Shown here: positions 37,801 to 47,491 of the stretch, piece after piece
How positions within the stretch are numbered: position 1 is the stretch's first letter
How the letters are laid out: every line of letters starts with the position of its first letter
Source: a virus
DNA length: 64,000 nt
Reading direction: 5' to 3' (one strand)
Virus record (IMG/VR): IMGVR_UViG_3300035208_003507
Location: 1,080-65,079 of that record
Translations under genes and position numbers: made by a program
The notes under the pieces: model-generated
Told to the model about the DNA's origin: nothing
What the model saw: the letters and a program-made list of their open reading frames with translations, nothing else
Databases searched by the model: none

Positions 37801-38845
37801 CATGTGGGTTTCTGACGATAATGGTATTACATGGACCAATATTTGTTCTCTTCCATTTGACCCAAATAGCGATGGTGAAGCTATTGTATACAACAATCTT
37901 ATGTGGGTAACTGGTGGTTTAAAAAACACCGCGGGCACAATTAGCACAAATGAAACTTGGTATTCCTCCAATGGAACAACTTGGACGCTTCTAACTAGTT
38001 GTCCTTGGGCTCATAGAGCAGACCATTCTCTAATTGTCCATAATGATAGACTATTTCTAGTAGGTGGTGTTAATACTTGGGGCCCCTCCGTATTCGCTGT
38101 TACCACAAACAACGTATTTGAATTAACCGAATCCCTTAAAATATTATTCGACAAATCGATACCAAACCAGTCTCTAGATGAAATATATACTACAGCTCAG
38201 AAACCAGATATCTCTGGCTACCCTGAAGAGCAACGCATTGTTCTTATGACCAATGGAGATAGCTACGATATTAATATCACTCCAGGAGATTGGTTAACCA
38301 CCGATTTACCAGATGGATATTCTGGTAAATATATAATCGGCGGGTCTAGCCTTAGCAATACTCTTAATGGCGTAGAAATAGGTGATAGTTTTTTCAATAT
38401 TGATCTAGGCTCTATTCATGTAAACAATGGTATGATATATGAGGTTGATAGCCTGGAATCTGCCGGCAGTCAGTTCAAGTATGAGGTAGACGATTATGCT
38501 TCACCCCAAGAGTATGGGAAAATCATAGTATATTGTGTTACAATACCTATAGGAAACACGTCTATAACCTTTGACACATACAAACCAGCCTTCCCTATTA
38601 TTTCTGAAATAACCCCATCAGGCTCATGGCTTACCTACCCAACTATAACTAATCGTACCACTAATAGTACATACCATGCTAGCTACCCACTAGATATTGA
38701 TATAACTGGATGGGCTGAGTATAATGGGTTAGAAACACTTCATAAAACAGTAAGTGTCAGAGTAAGACTTACAGATGCTCAAAAGGGTGTCTTTAGACTG
38801 GACCAGAAGTTTGCAGATTACTTCGCCTATCTACGGATGAGTTAA
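34898..38845 (+). CDS. Baseplate wedge protein with Kelch/Asp-box beta-propeller insertion
   Basis: FDQFGFLLDTPRLLEESNQEYKIRL wedge-like motif; repeated SxDGxxW blades with FMGG/LWGG/VTGG/LVGG at about 37190-38130. Confidence 0.6.
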   Translation: MTPIIETPILGTGISAGAAASGIYPHYSFLTQGIANEFPSWTKIRKSADSSGQQFLNVFGMQLDNIHRANALIENNLYLESADINVADVIYKAELPRHIELDENNPPLVSGDSLRIELLDDLNIFFYLMPPTRLEAIETETSLPSGTSFSDSLAYDIPYINSYKEEESLYFQCDADSSGNAQLSKYFLIDEGTEIPLEVATNKEILGQYHLVDSDGSAITGTYHGACLGEDTLVAAFGSGIYVFDTRIPLLANTDLLWAGNKESDTVVALKRFYPNQSLTSIVSLSTDEDRQFFWTYDGTTYTKYRFSYDYGIFDYDRRTLYCREEYASLLVDGTSYIQTAFNVPNHFDQFGFLLDTPRLLEESNQEYKIRLQQVFQFRANSTIQGVVNGTSRELDLTPHGYFPVDEYPENLFLNGVFITGYPIYVNGAYPSDVTDLAKINVLYEPAFYSGHVNVVDNTPDTEFVDYTKEILETAPILWGSGETDKIGFIWDISAFDGGLNSTDKVPDFMGNMASGISSEYYQSGVRDPDSDDLRVRMVLESGEVWKAQVHTGDFFVHDKMYYNFSELVEAAIPPESLTFTFPSDVRAEGTPIFVIDISGHTAPSGYQYTRVDTLGSTSHEFSVSGSLLTIGEAHNGLSVYYDASPSGWNTLPWDFNPLHGIGYDGFIWVGDQAQRFDPDASFTLTANPEELGYAAGGSIIIGGLHDLDDEPIIGALTHFRLSNSAGILSHNEAYTQFDGKAISFLTIPGSIENVQASGIVVDRNYDWVLSVDQPFNLVSSFVDRHPISIVLGNLVAFSMNNTMWVIQANGGWGGSSVPTIAYSSANGSDWTPINLLASYPTLYTIASSSTLCNFVHLGDYLLTVINGNQIWRSSDGTTWTQISTAPWTTNRTRGKLVVHQDKIFFMGGMTGSSFPQTIYASNDGVAWETVTSSAAWPGRSKPYLVSYDNKLWLWGGRTTSWALLNDGMWVSDDNGITWTNICSLPFDPNSDGEAIVYNNLMWVTGGLKNTAGTISTNETWYSSNGTTWTLLTSCPWAHRADHSLIVHNDRLFLVGGVNTWGPSVFAVTTNNVFELTESLKILFDKSIPNQSLDEIYTTAQKPDISGYPEEQRIVLMTNGDSYDINITPGDWLTTDLPDGYSGKYIIGGSSLSNTLNGVEIGDSFFNIDLGSIHVNNGMIYEVDSLESAGSQFKYEVDDYASPQEYGKIIVYCVTIPIGNTSITFDTYKPAFPIISEITPSGSWLTYPTITNRTTNSTYHASYPLDIDITGWAEYNGLETLHKTVSVRVRLTDAQKGVFRLDQKFADYFAYLRMS

Positions 38846-38857
38846 GAGGAGAGACTT

Positions 38858-40132
38858 ATGTCTACTGAAGTTAGTTCCATATCAGATCATATTGATACGG
38901 GTTTTGTTAAACCTGTCTTCACAAATGCAGAGGTTCCCCTTAACGACAAACTTAATCGTATCGGCGGGTATATAAAAGATTCCACAGATACTATTCAGTT
39001 AGCGGTAGGCAATACATATCTTCGTAATATTGCTAATCTTGCAGCTATTATCGGTAATGCCGAACTTCTTACCCAAGACATATCGAATCCCGATACACCC
39101 ATCGCTCAAAGTCCCAATATATTCGATTCCACAAATCAACTTCTTAATAGGCTTCCGGTAGTAGTAACAGAAACTACCGTATCACCCTTTCGTTTAGTAA
39201 TAGATGGTCTCATTAGTAAGTCAGCCCATATCCCACAGATTACAGGACCTGATGTTATTAATCTTGCTATTGCTACCACTGATACTAATGGGCAAATTAT
39301 AAAAGTATATGACGGATCATTTACTACACGAGCTGGCTATTCGGGCGAGGCTTTTGTTAGCGAAATTGATTTTATCACATCGGATTCCGATTTTGATTAT
39401 CTAGATACCCGGCTAGTTTTGTTGACAGCGAATAGATCTATTATTCAAGAATTGGTCCAAGCTATTATCAACGTGGGCGACTTGGAATATTCTTCCGCTT
39501 TGGGGTACATCCCAGGAGCTACTGATACAATACAAACCAGAACCGGTTCTACAATCAGTATAAGCGATGAAATCAACTTCATTGAGGATAAGACATTCGC
39601 TATAAAATGGCGAGCCCGGTTGAAAAAAGTACAAGCAGAACCCATAGGAAGTGATCTAGTTTGGACAATAGGAGACTGGGAAACCGATTCTTCTCCATCA
39701 ACAGCACTTGCCCAAGACTATATCACAACCCTGGGTGGTACGATTGCTTCACCCTCGGGTCTTACTGTGTATGCCTATAGCCAAGGTGTTCCAATAGTAA
39801 CATCTGCTAATCTTCCTTCTGCCCCTATAGTAACGGGTGGTAATGATATCACAATAAGTATCCCTTCTACTGATTTAACCAATATATCAACAGAAGCGAT
39901 AGACGTTTACTTCCCAGTTAATATTCCATATCGCCTCTTAAGATCTATGGATCTTGCCTATGTGGGAGAGGGTTCCCAATTACATGAAATGTTTGGCAAA
40001 GTAATTGGTAATCAATATGGTTATGGTACCCTCTCTATCCCCGGGACTATAGCCGATAGGCTAGATACTCTCGAAACACAAAGAACTATATTAGAAGCGA
40101 ATATAGCCGCTATCAGTGGTGTGGTGGTTTAA
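38858..40132 (+). CDS. Virion structural protein, paralog A
   Basis: Full-length similarity to the N-terminal part of 40132-42198. Confidence 0.55.
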   Translation: MSTEVSSISDHIDTGFVKPVFTNAEVPLNDKLNRIGGYIKDSTDTIQLAVGNTYLRNIANLAAIIGNAELLTQDISNPDTPIAQSPNIFDSTNQLLNRLPVVVTETTVSPFRLVIDGLISKSAHIPQITGPDVINLAIATTDTNGQIIKVYDGSFTTRAGYSGEAFVSEIDFITSDSDFDYLDTRLVLLTANRSIIQELVQAIINVGDLEYSSALGYIPGATDTIQTRTGSTISISDEINFIEDKTFAIKWRARLKKVQAEPIGSDLVWTIGDWETDSSPSTALAQDYITTLGGTIASPSGLTVYAYSQGVPIVTSANLPSAPIVTGGNDITISIPSTDLTNISTEAIDVYFPVNIPYRLLRSMDLAYVGEGSQLHEMFGKVIGNQYGYGTLSIPGTIADRLDTLETQRTILEANIAAISGVVV

Positions 40133-42198
40133 TGAGTCAAGATATAGCCTCTAATAGTGAGATAGCCGGCAACGGTTATACACAGCCTATTTTTGATAAG
40201 AGCAGGCGTGTCACGTCTGAGAATATCAATTTGTTATATGGGCAAACAGAAGAGGTACATGACTTCATAATAAAGGCTTTAGGAAATTTATACCAGAATT
40301 CCCAATCGTCTTTAGCCGCAGTTATCGGCAATCCAAATGAGTATGTTAATGATACTGATTTGGTACCAGCCTCTGGAAATCCAATTATTGATGGAATATC
40401 TTATTACAACCGCATACCAGCTACTATTTCTTCTTCATCGGATGCTAGTGGTTTCCTTACCATAACTCTTTCTTCGGGTGTCATTAATCCAGAATACCTT
40501 TACCCAGTTGATCATAATCTTCTAGGTCTTACTCTCGGTATCTTGAATGCTAGCGGCAATCTATTTAGAGTAGTAGACGGAACTTTCCAGACATTAACTT
40601 CTCATACTAGCGGCAATATTTCGCAAGTTCTTTTTAGAACAGAAGACCCGGGATGGTTAACAGATCAGACTTACATACTGTTATCCCCCTCACAAACCGT
40701 CAGTTCTACGCTAAGACAACTCATCCAAGAAATAGGACATCTCCATTATCCCAGTATCAGCGGCTATATTGACACAATCCAAACTGGTGATCCTTCTATT
40801 TATGGATATGTTAATAACGTACCACCTCTTTCAGCCGAGGTAGATTTTGTAGAGGATAAAAACTTTGTTACACGTTGGGAAAGCAAAGTGCAACTTCAGA
40901 ATGCAACCTTTGATTCCTCTAACGGGCTTTTCTCATGGATTATTCCAGGCAACGATTTATTAGAATCTGGTTCTTCACCAGATGAGGCCTTTATCTCTGG
41001 ATTTGCATTAAGTAATGGTATAACTCCATCTAACATTCTCTCAAGCTTAGCTTCGATAAGTGGGAAACCCATACTTGACCCAACCAATAAGCCTATCGCA
41101 ATCACAGTAGAGGGTGGAACGGATATGACCATTGCCATAGCGAGTGGCGTCATTCCATCTGGTGTTTTACCAAATGCAGACATAGAAGTATTGATACCAA
41201 TCAAAACACCGTATAGACTCTTAAGACCATGCGATTTAAACTACTCTGGTAACAATGTCAACTCAACCAAAATAGCTAATATCATTGGCAAACAATACGG
41301 ATATCAAAATGCATCTTTCCCAAGCACAATAGCTTCTAGATTAGATTATCTTCATTCAGAGATGAGCCGTTTGAAAAGAAATCTACTGAATCTGGTTGAA
41401 CCAGCAGGTACACTTTTTGATAGTATGACACCAGGTGTCTATACCTTTGAAGTGCCAGCTGGTTGTTTTAGAATGAGATTATCTATTTGGGGAGCTGGAG
41501 GTGGGGGAGCTGGTGCTGTTTGTAGTACCCTATGGGGTTTCGTACCGAGTAATCCAACGGACATTGGGCAATTTGCTGCTCTAATTAATGGCCAAGGGGG
41601 AGCAGTTGCTGTAGAAGGAGCTGGGGGTGGAGCCGGAGGTTATCACGAAACTATAATTGATGTCATCCCCGGAAACACTTATAGAATTACTATAGGACAG
41701 GGGGGTAGTGGGGGGCTAACACTAATTAATAATTGGGATCAATATCATCCGGCTGCCTTCATAGGGAATAGTGGTCTCCAAGGTGGAGCCTCTCTTATTA
41801 CTTCCATAGATAACCCTGCCATACAACATGGTGTTCTTGGCGGTTATGGAGGGATTCGAGGTACCGTAAGAAATGGACCCCCAGATGTAATCACAGATAT
41901 GGGTGGTGGAGGACCAGGTGGCATAGGTAGTATTATTGGTAATCCAGGAACAACAGGTTCAGGTCAATGCCCATTTATGCCGGGTATCCACCTTCTCGGT
42001 GCATCTGGTGGTGCTGGGACCTTGGGTATAGGAAGTGGTGGACGTGGAGGAGAATTAAATTTTTCCACTGCCGGTGGGCGTATATGGCCAGGTAACGGGA
42101 GATCAGGATCTAACGGACGAGTTTTATTATCTACAGATGGTTACATACCCGAGAAAGACTGGATAGGCTATTACACTCCAGGCGGGTGGTGGGAATAA
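40132..42198 (+). CDS. Virion structural protein, paralog B with glycine-rich C-terminal fibre domain
   Basis: Shared domain plus TFEVPAG...WGAGGGGAG...GGGAGGY Gly-rich receptor-binding-type domain. Confidence 0.6.
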   Translation: MSQDIASNSEIAGNGYTQPIFDKSRRVTSENINLLYGQTEEVHDFIIKALGNLYQNSQSSLAAVIGNPNEYVNDTDLVPASGNPIIDGISYYNRIPATISSSSDASGFLTITLSSGVINPEYLYPVDHNLLGLTLGILNASGNLFRVVDGTFQTLTSHTSGNISQVLFRTEDPGWLTDQTYILLSPSQTVSSTLRQLIQEIGHLHYPSISGYIDTIQTGDPSIYGYVNNVPPLSAEVDFVEDKNFVTRWESKVQLQNATFDSSNGLFSWIIPGNDLLESGSSPDEAFISGFALSNGITPSNILSSLASISGKPILDPTNKPIAITVEGGTDMTIAIASGVIPSGVLPNADIEVLIPIKTPYRLLRPCDLNYSGNNVNSTKIANIIGKQYGYQNASFPSTIASRLDYLHSEMSRLKRNLLNLVEPAGTLFDSMTPGVYTFEVPAGCFRMRLSIWGAGGGGAGAVCSTLWGFVPSNPTDIGQFAALINGQGGAVAVEGAGGGAGGYHETIIDVIPGNTYRITIGQGGSGGLTLINNWDQYHPAAFIGNSGLQGGASLITSIDNPAIQHGVLGGYGGIRGTVRNGPPDVITDMGGGGPGGIGSIIGNPGTTGSGQCPFMPGIHLLGASGGAGTLGIGSGGRGGELNFSTAGGRIWPGNGRSGSNGRVLLSTDGYIPEKDWIGYYTPGGWWE

Positions 42199-44135
42199 TG
42201 CCTCCATATTATTTTAGATACTCAAGTGAAGTTCCTAAAACTAGTGTAGGCTCCATGCGTGGAGCTAATCTTGCTTACGTAAATATAGAAGAACTCGATC
42301 CATCAACTGAACTAGGCAATATACGCCTCATCGATTTCTCCCATACCTTCCCAGAAAATAGACTCTTATCAGGCAATACTGTTCGTATTTTTTCAGGCAA
42401 TAGTACCATCAACGATTCGGCCAACTTTCTTTTAACTAATATTTACAGTAATACTAACGATACGACTACTCTAACTCCAATCAATAAAAGTGAAGAGGTA
42501 CTCCCTCTTTGGTATAAGCACGACATTGGAGATGAAGAACGAATTGACCGGATGCCTAATGGTCAATATATCTTAAGACTCGAAGATAATAATGGCCTAG
42601 TAGTAGATACTAATCGTTATAAGACATTTTTCAGAAGTGGATCTACCGAGCCAGCAGGCATCTACACAGACTTAATCAATACTAACAATCTGTATTATAT
42701 TCTTGTATATATTAGCTCTGGAGTTGAGGTTAGGAAATTACTATCTGTTGAGATAATATTTAATAAAGTAGAATCTTTCTCAACTACTACGGCCAATGAA
42801 TATAAGGTTACTTATAATGCTTCGGATACAAAATATGTTATTGTAACAAATGGATCCAATCCAGCTATTATCTATAGTATTAAAAATGAAGCCTCAACCA
42901 AGATATATGCAAAGCATCCAGTTAAAGTCCTCTCAGGCGAACCATGGTATTTGCAAATAGTTAATGGTAGTTTTAAGCGTAGTTATACGGGTTGGGATTA
43001 TGAATACTATATTCCTGAATATACCATTCAGAACTGGGATCCTGGTTTCCCATCCAAAAAACAATTAATGGAAACACCAGAATTTGTAGATAATACTCTT
43101 CTTAGATTACGCCAAACTCCTTTATCGCTAGAAGCCTCCATCAATCCATTACGGATATATGTTAGAGAAAGTTCTGATAGAAGTGATTTACTCAACACAT
43201 TAATTAATAGTACCGGAGCGATATTAGACCCCAACGATACTCCTTTTACTGATAATAGTTCATCTTCTCACTGGTGGCAAGTAAACATAACGGATATAGA
43301 TCAAAATAGTGGCCTTATAAAAGTCAGCGGATTAACTCCTCCTGTTGGATTAACGGTCCCTACTGATCTAGTAATCACAGACAACGATATGAAGGTGTTC
43401 ACCACTGATAGCCTATACGCATTTTACTACTATAAGGAATTAGAATACACCTACATGGCTCTTAACTTAAACCCTGTTCTAGATCGTTATATCACTAAGG
43501 GTGGTTTTTCCATCTATATCAAACCAGCCCGTGCTTATGTAAATGGTGCTAATTATATAGCATCTTCAGTAGTTAACTATATACGTTTTGATGATAGTGA
43601 AATAATTACGGGTGGGTCTGATCCTTCTATCACTACAGGTATAACGGTAGATGATTTCTTTGCTATTAGCGATGATTCGGGTGTACCCGAAATAGGCAGG
43701 GATCATAAAACTTTTCTTGAGTTAGGCCGCGTCTTCATAAGAAATACTTCTACCATCCGGGATATTACGGATGGTAATATAGTAGATACGAGATCACGGG
43801 GAGGATTATTAATGGATAATCTTCCCACAAGTGTTGTCAATACTATTAACGCCAATACCCATGGCATGTATGATCTAAGATATTGGGATGGCGAAATTAT
43901 GCCAGGCAATTCAGTTGTTATCTTTAGATTACCTAGTTATTTGTTAAATGACAACTATGAAGAAAGCGGCACCCCTCTTACAGGAACCTCTCTTCAAAGC
44001 CGCTATATTGATATAAGAGAAGTATGTGTTAAGCATCTGGCAGCTGGTGTCATGCCCATTATAAGATTTTACGATAACGCAACAGGCGAAATATTAATCA
44101 ATTTAAAACCCCCTATTGATAGGGAGTGGTTCTAA
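42198..44135 (+). CDS. Baseplate/tail structural protein (hypothetical)
   Basis: Long ORF. ATG 42198 overlaps the upstream TAA (TAATG), so it is preferred over GTG 42186. DTRSRGG motif. Confidence 0.55.
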   Translation: MPPYYFRYSSEVPKTSVGSMRGANLAYVNIEELDPSTELGNIRLIDFSHTFPENRLLSGNTVRIFSGNSTINDSANFLLTNIYSNTNDTTTLTPINKSEEVLPLWYKHDIGDEERIDRMPNGQYILRLEDNNGLVVDTNRYKTFFRSGSTEPAGIYTDLINTNNLYYILVYISSGVEVRKLLSVEIIFNKVESFSTTTANEYKVTYNASDTKYVIVTNGSNPAIIYSIKNEASTKIYAKHPVKVLSGEPWYLQIVNGSFKRSYTGWDYEYYIPEYTIQNWDPGFPSKKQLMETPEFVDNTLLRLRQTPLSLEASINPLRIYVRESSDRSDLLNTLINSTGAILDPNDTPFTDNSSSSHWWQVNITDIDQNSGLIKVSGLTPPVGLTVPTDLVITDNDMKVFTTDSLYAFYYYKELEYTYMALNLNPVLDRYITKGGFSIYIKPARAYVNGANYIASSVVNYIRFDDSEIITGGSDPSITTGITVDDFFAISDDSGVPEIGRDHKTFLELGRVFIRNTSTIRDITDGNIVDTRSRGGLLMDNLPTSVVNTINANTHGMYDLRYWDGEIMPGNSVVIFRLPSYLLNDNYEESGTPLTGTSLQSRYIDIREVCVKHLAAGVMPIIRFYDNATGEILINLKPPIDREWF

Positions 44136-45997
44136 TGTCATCATCGTGGACATATACTAATACCTATTTAAAATCTATACCACAAGCGCAACGCAAGCGT
44201 TTGCTGGATATATTATCTTCAGAAACCCAGGATGGCGAAGTTCTCACTCTGGCAGAATATGAAAAACGCCTAGCCAGCAAAATGACGGCCATAAATGGGA
44301 AGCTCCCAGCTCCTGATTTTAAATTAAGAAAACAGGCCTTCAGAAGTTTAACTAGCTCTGCTAATTTTAATGATATGGAAAGCCGCGGGATACAGGCTCT
44401 GAAAATCCTTTATAATGAGGCCGTTCTATTAGAAAGTGCCATTGCAGATCAATCTAATTTAGTATCAACATATCTTAATGATATCAACAATTCGATTCTG
44501 GCTCTCGATCATGAAATAGATATACTCGAGCTTATAGCAGCAAACTCTGATGGCTATACAACTTACATGTCTCATTCATTTGTTAATGGCGATCTTAACA
44601 GACAAATACGCGGAAGTAATGTTGGTACATCACCATTCATATTGCCGCTATTGGATCTTATAGATCCAGCCTATGACGCTGATACATCTACCCGCACCCT
44701 TTGCTTACCCATTGAATCCAATCTCATACATAAGATAGCGGCTGCTAGACTTGTGAATCAGACACCATCTGGTGAAGATGCCTATACTACCACAGAAGAT
44801 GTGCCAACTGAAGAAAAGGAATTTAGTCTAGGAAAATTAGTAGATGCTAGCCCTGACACCTATTGGGCTGAGACTATACAGATTGATACCCTAAGTACTA
44901 ATGTAGCGGAAACAGATCTTGAAATAGATCTAGCTGGTACCCAGCAAATCAATTACATCAAACTACTTCCTTTTACACGCTTCCCATATGAAATAACATC
45001 TATCACTTACTATAGAAATAAAAATAGCAGCGATGGCATATCTCTAACTGGGCCCTCTTATCCTGTACAAGTTACAGGAGAAGTGAATCTATCATTCAGC
45101 AATATTTATGCTGAACGATTGTCATTCCATATTAAACAAAATAATTATTCGGCCCTTCGATATGTCGTCAACAATGTTGACAGAACGATTAACCAATTGT
45201 TTGATATAGCTTCTAGTAAACAGACCGATATCAGTAGCGAATTGAAAGATCCCCAATCTATCTATTTTGCCATGTCAAGCAATATGAAAGCCTTACTCAG
45301 CATTGATAAAGAACGCCTTACCGATACGCAAACCGTAGATGTCTATGAATTTCTCTACGGTATCAAAAGGCTCGAGATAGGACTTACTAGATACAAGAAT
45401 CTTGGCCTATACGTTTCCCTACCGTCCAAGATTGAACTTTTAGGCGTTATAGGATTAGAAGCAGAAGAGGATATTCCAAGCCTTACGTCTATAGAGTATG
45501 AACTCTTGGTCAAACAATACACTATAGAAGATGGCCAAGAGACACTTACTGCTAGCTCACGCTATGATATATTACCAGCTGGTATTAGTTTGATAACTGA
45601 TGAAGTCTTAGACGGCGATGAAAACATAGCTGGCTATTGGGAAGCCACAACAAGGTTCCCAATAGAAAACATTGGTACCTATATAGGAAATCTAAATATC
45701 ACAATTAAACGGAATGATGTAGAGATGTCGGCTTCAGAATGGCAAGGAAGCGTATTATCAGATGGTAGGGTTACTATTAAGATATACAATTCTGCTCTTC
45801 CTTTAGCATCACGCAATACGTCTATTTTTACAGCCAGCTATATACCCTCAAGTTTATCTTATGTAGTGGCATTAAGCGAAACAGATTATAGTGAAGTGTT
45901 TATAAGAATATTACTAAGAAACCTAACCTCAAATGGAATGACGACACCTCAAGTAAGAAACTACTCAATGAAATTTAAAAAGTATACAGGTTCATGA
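44135..45997 (+). CDS. Structural protein, triad paralog 1 (coiled coil + discoidin-like domain)
   Basis: TAATG coupling; DTYW...LEIDLAG..QINYIKLLP; C-terminal TPQVRNYSMKFK. Confidence 0.55.
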   Translation: MSSSWTYTNTYLKSIPQAQRKRLLDILSSETQDGEVLTLAEYEKRLASKMTAINGKLPAPDFKLRKQAFRSLTSSANFNDMESRGIQALKILYNEAVLLESAIADQSNLVSTYLNDINNSILALDHEIDILELIAANSDGYTTYMSHSFVNGDLNRQIRGSNVGTSPFILPLLDLIDPAYDADTSTRTLCLPIESNLIHKIAAARLVNQTPSGEDAYTTTEDVPTEEKEFSLGKLVDASPDTYWAETIQIDTLSTNVAETDLEIDLAGTQQINYIKLLPFTRFPYEITSITYYRNKNSSDGISLTGPSYPVQVTGEVNLSFSNIYAERLSFHIKQNNYSALRYVVNNVDRTINQLFDIASSKQTDISSELKDPQSIYFAMSSNMKALLSIDKERLTDTQTVDVYEFLYGIKRLEIGLTRYKNLGLYVSLPSKIELLGVIGLEAEEDIPSLTSIEYELLVKQYTIEDGQETLTASSRYDILPAGISLITDEVLDGDENIAGYWEATTRFPIENIGTYIGNLNITIKRNDVEMSASEWQGSVLSDGRVTIKIYNSALPLASRNTSIFTASYIPSSLSYVVALSETDYSEVFIRILLRNLTSNGMTTPQVRNYSMKFKKYTGS

Positions 45998-47490
45998 TGG
46001 ATACGATAACAAACGACACAAAAATCCTGACAAGTCTCATTCAGAATAAACTGAGTGTTATAGATGAGATGGTTAGAAGTAATCTTTTGACTACTCGGGA
46101 AGATAGCTCAAGAGGAGATTTATTATCCTCTGTACAGCTTACTATAGCTGAATTTCTAAAAGCTATCCGTGACTCAGATACAGCCAATGGGATTACCTAT
46201 ATCCAACGGGGTTCAGTTAACAGATCAGATTCATATAACAGATTCTGGTCTGGTGTGTATAACGATCTTTTAGCTCTATATCAAGAAGCTGATAGGATAG
46301 GGGACATCCTAGCTGATTATAATAATTATGTTATGGCCGACGTACAAAATCTTCTGCTCCAACTAAAAACAGTTGGTTCTCAATTAGCTAACTATAAGCT
46401 ATACGCAGAAGGTTTACAAATAGGAGAGCGAGAGTTTATAGAGAAGTTCAGTGATCTTTCCAAGATAGAATCAAACTCGAGTCTTCTAAGCATGCCAGAA
46501 TGCAATATTGATATAGTCCAAAATGTGGTGACACTAGGTGTCACTAATGAAACTGTTCTTTCGCAAGAAGAAATTCAGGATATCATTATAAGCCCCGCAG
46601 GAAGTAATGGCACGGCCTATGGCACCCCAACCTTAATGACAGTTGTTAATAGCGATGATTTGCAACTTTTCCAATATGAAATAACATCACCCTCTATTTC
46701 GGCACAAAAGGTTGTACTTGATTTTTCGATAAAGCTCAAAGAGGAAACAGTTCTCAACCATATAAGAATTGTTCCCAATAACTTTGGTACTAAAACCTGG
46801 TCTAAAATTACAGCCATTGATGCTTCATCCGATGGTATCACTTTTGATTCAATCTATGATGAATTACTAGGACCGAATGAAGACAATACGAAATTTAATC
46901 TGGCACCCCAGGCTAGCAATTATGCCGGCGAGGGCAGATATAGCTTTTTACCCCGTAAGATTAAATCTATCCACATCATCCTAACGCAAGATGCTCCATT
47001 TTATGACGCTAAACGCGATCTATATAGCTGGGCTATAGGGATTAAAAATATAGAATTGGTTCAAAAGACATACGCAAATAATTCAGAATTAATTTCAAGA
47101 GCACTTTCTGTCCCTCAGGGTATTGATAAAATATCCATTGATGCTTGGGAACTTCCTGCCATGGTCTTCACCGATAGTATCTTGTCTTCAACAGCTGAAA
47201 TTAGACATGACATATCCGTAGACGATGGCATGACTTGGAAACAGGTAAGTCCTATCTATCTTAATAATCAAGATCCTCTAGTCCCAGAAATTATTAATGT
47301 CAACAATATAGATTCTCAATCTAATCCTTCGGCCAACAGTAGTATTACTACGGAGTTTGAAGCCACCTCAATCCGTCATAAGATAAGGATGTACAAAAAT
47401 ACTCTGCTCATTGAAGAAGACCTGCTCCCATATTATAGTCCCATAGTCAACTGGGTTACTATTAAAGTAATTACGAAGGAAACATTATAA
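45994..47490 (+). CDS. Structural protein, triad paralog 2
   Basis: N-terminal helix; IKLKEETVLNHIRIVP...SSDGITF; C-terminal SPIVNWVTIKV. Confidence 0.55.
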   Translation: MMDTITNDTKILTSLIQNKLSVIDEMVRSNLLTTREDSSRGDLLSSVQLTIAEFLKAIRDSDTANGITYIQRGSVNRSDSYNRFWSGVYNDLLALYQEADRIGDILADYNNYVMADVQNLLLQLKTVGSQLANYKLYAEGLQIGEREFIEKFSDLSKIESNSSLLSMPECNIDIVQNVVTLGVTNETVLSQEEIQDIIISPAGSNGTAYGTPTLMTVVNSDDLQLFQYEITSPSISAQKVVLDFSIKLKEETVLNHIRIVPNNFGTKTWSKITAIDASSDGITFDSIYDELLGPNEDNTKFNLAPQASNYAGEGRYSFLPRKIKSIHIILTQDAPFYDAKRDLYSWAIGIKNIELVQKTYANNSELISRALSVPQGIDKISIDAWELPAMVFTDSILSSTAEIRHDISVDDGMTWKQVSPIYLNNQDPLVPEIINVNNIDSQSNPSANSSITTEFEATSIRHKIRMYKNTLLIEEDLLPYYSPIVNWVTIKVITKETL

Positions 47491-47491
47491 C

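Noticed and set aside
10423..38845. Tailocin/eCIS/T6SS rather than phage
   Set aside because: Portal, protease and major capsid genes are in the same operon.
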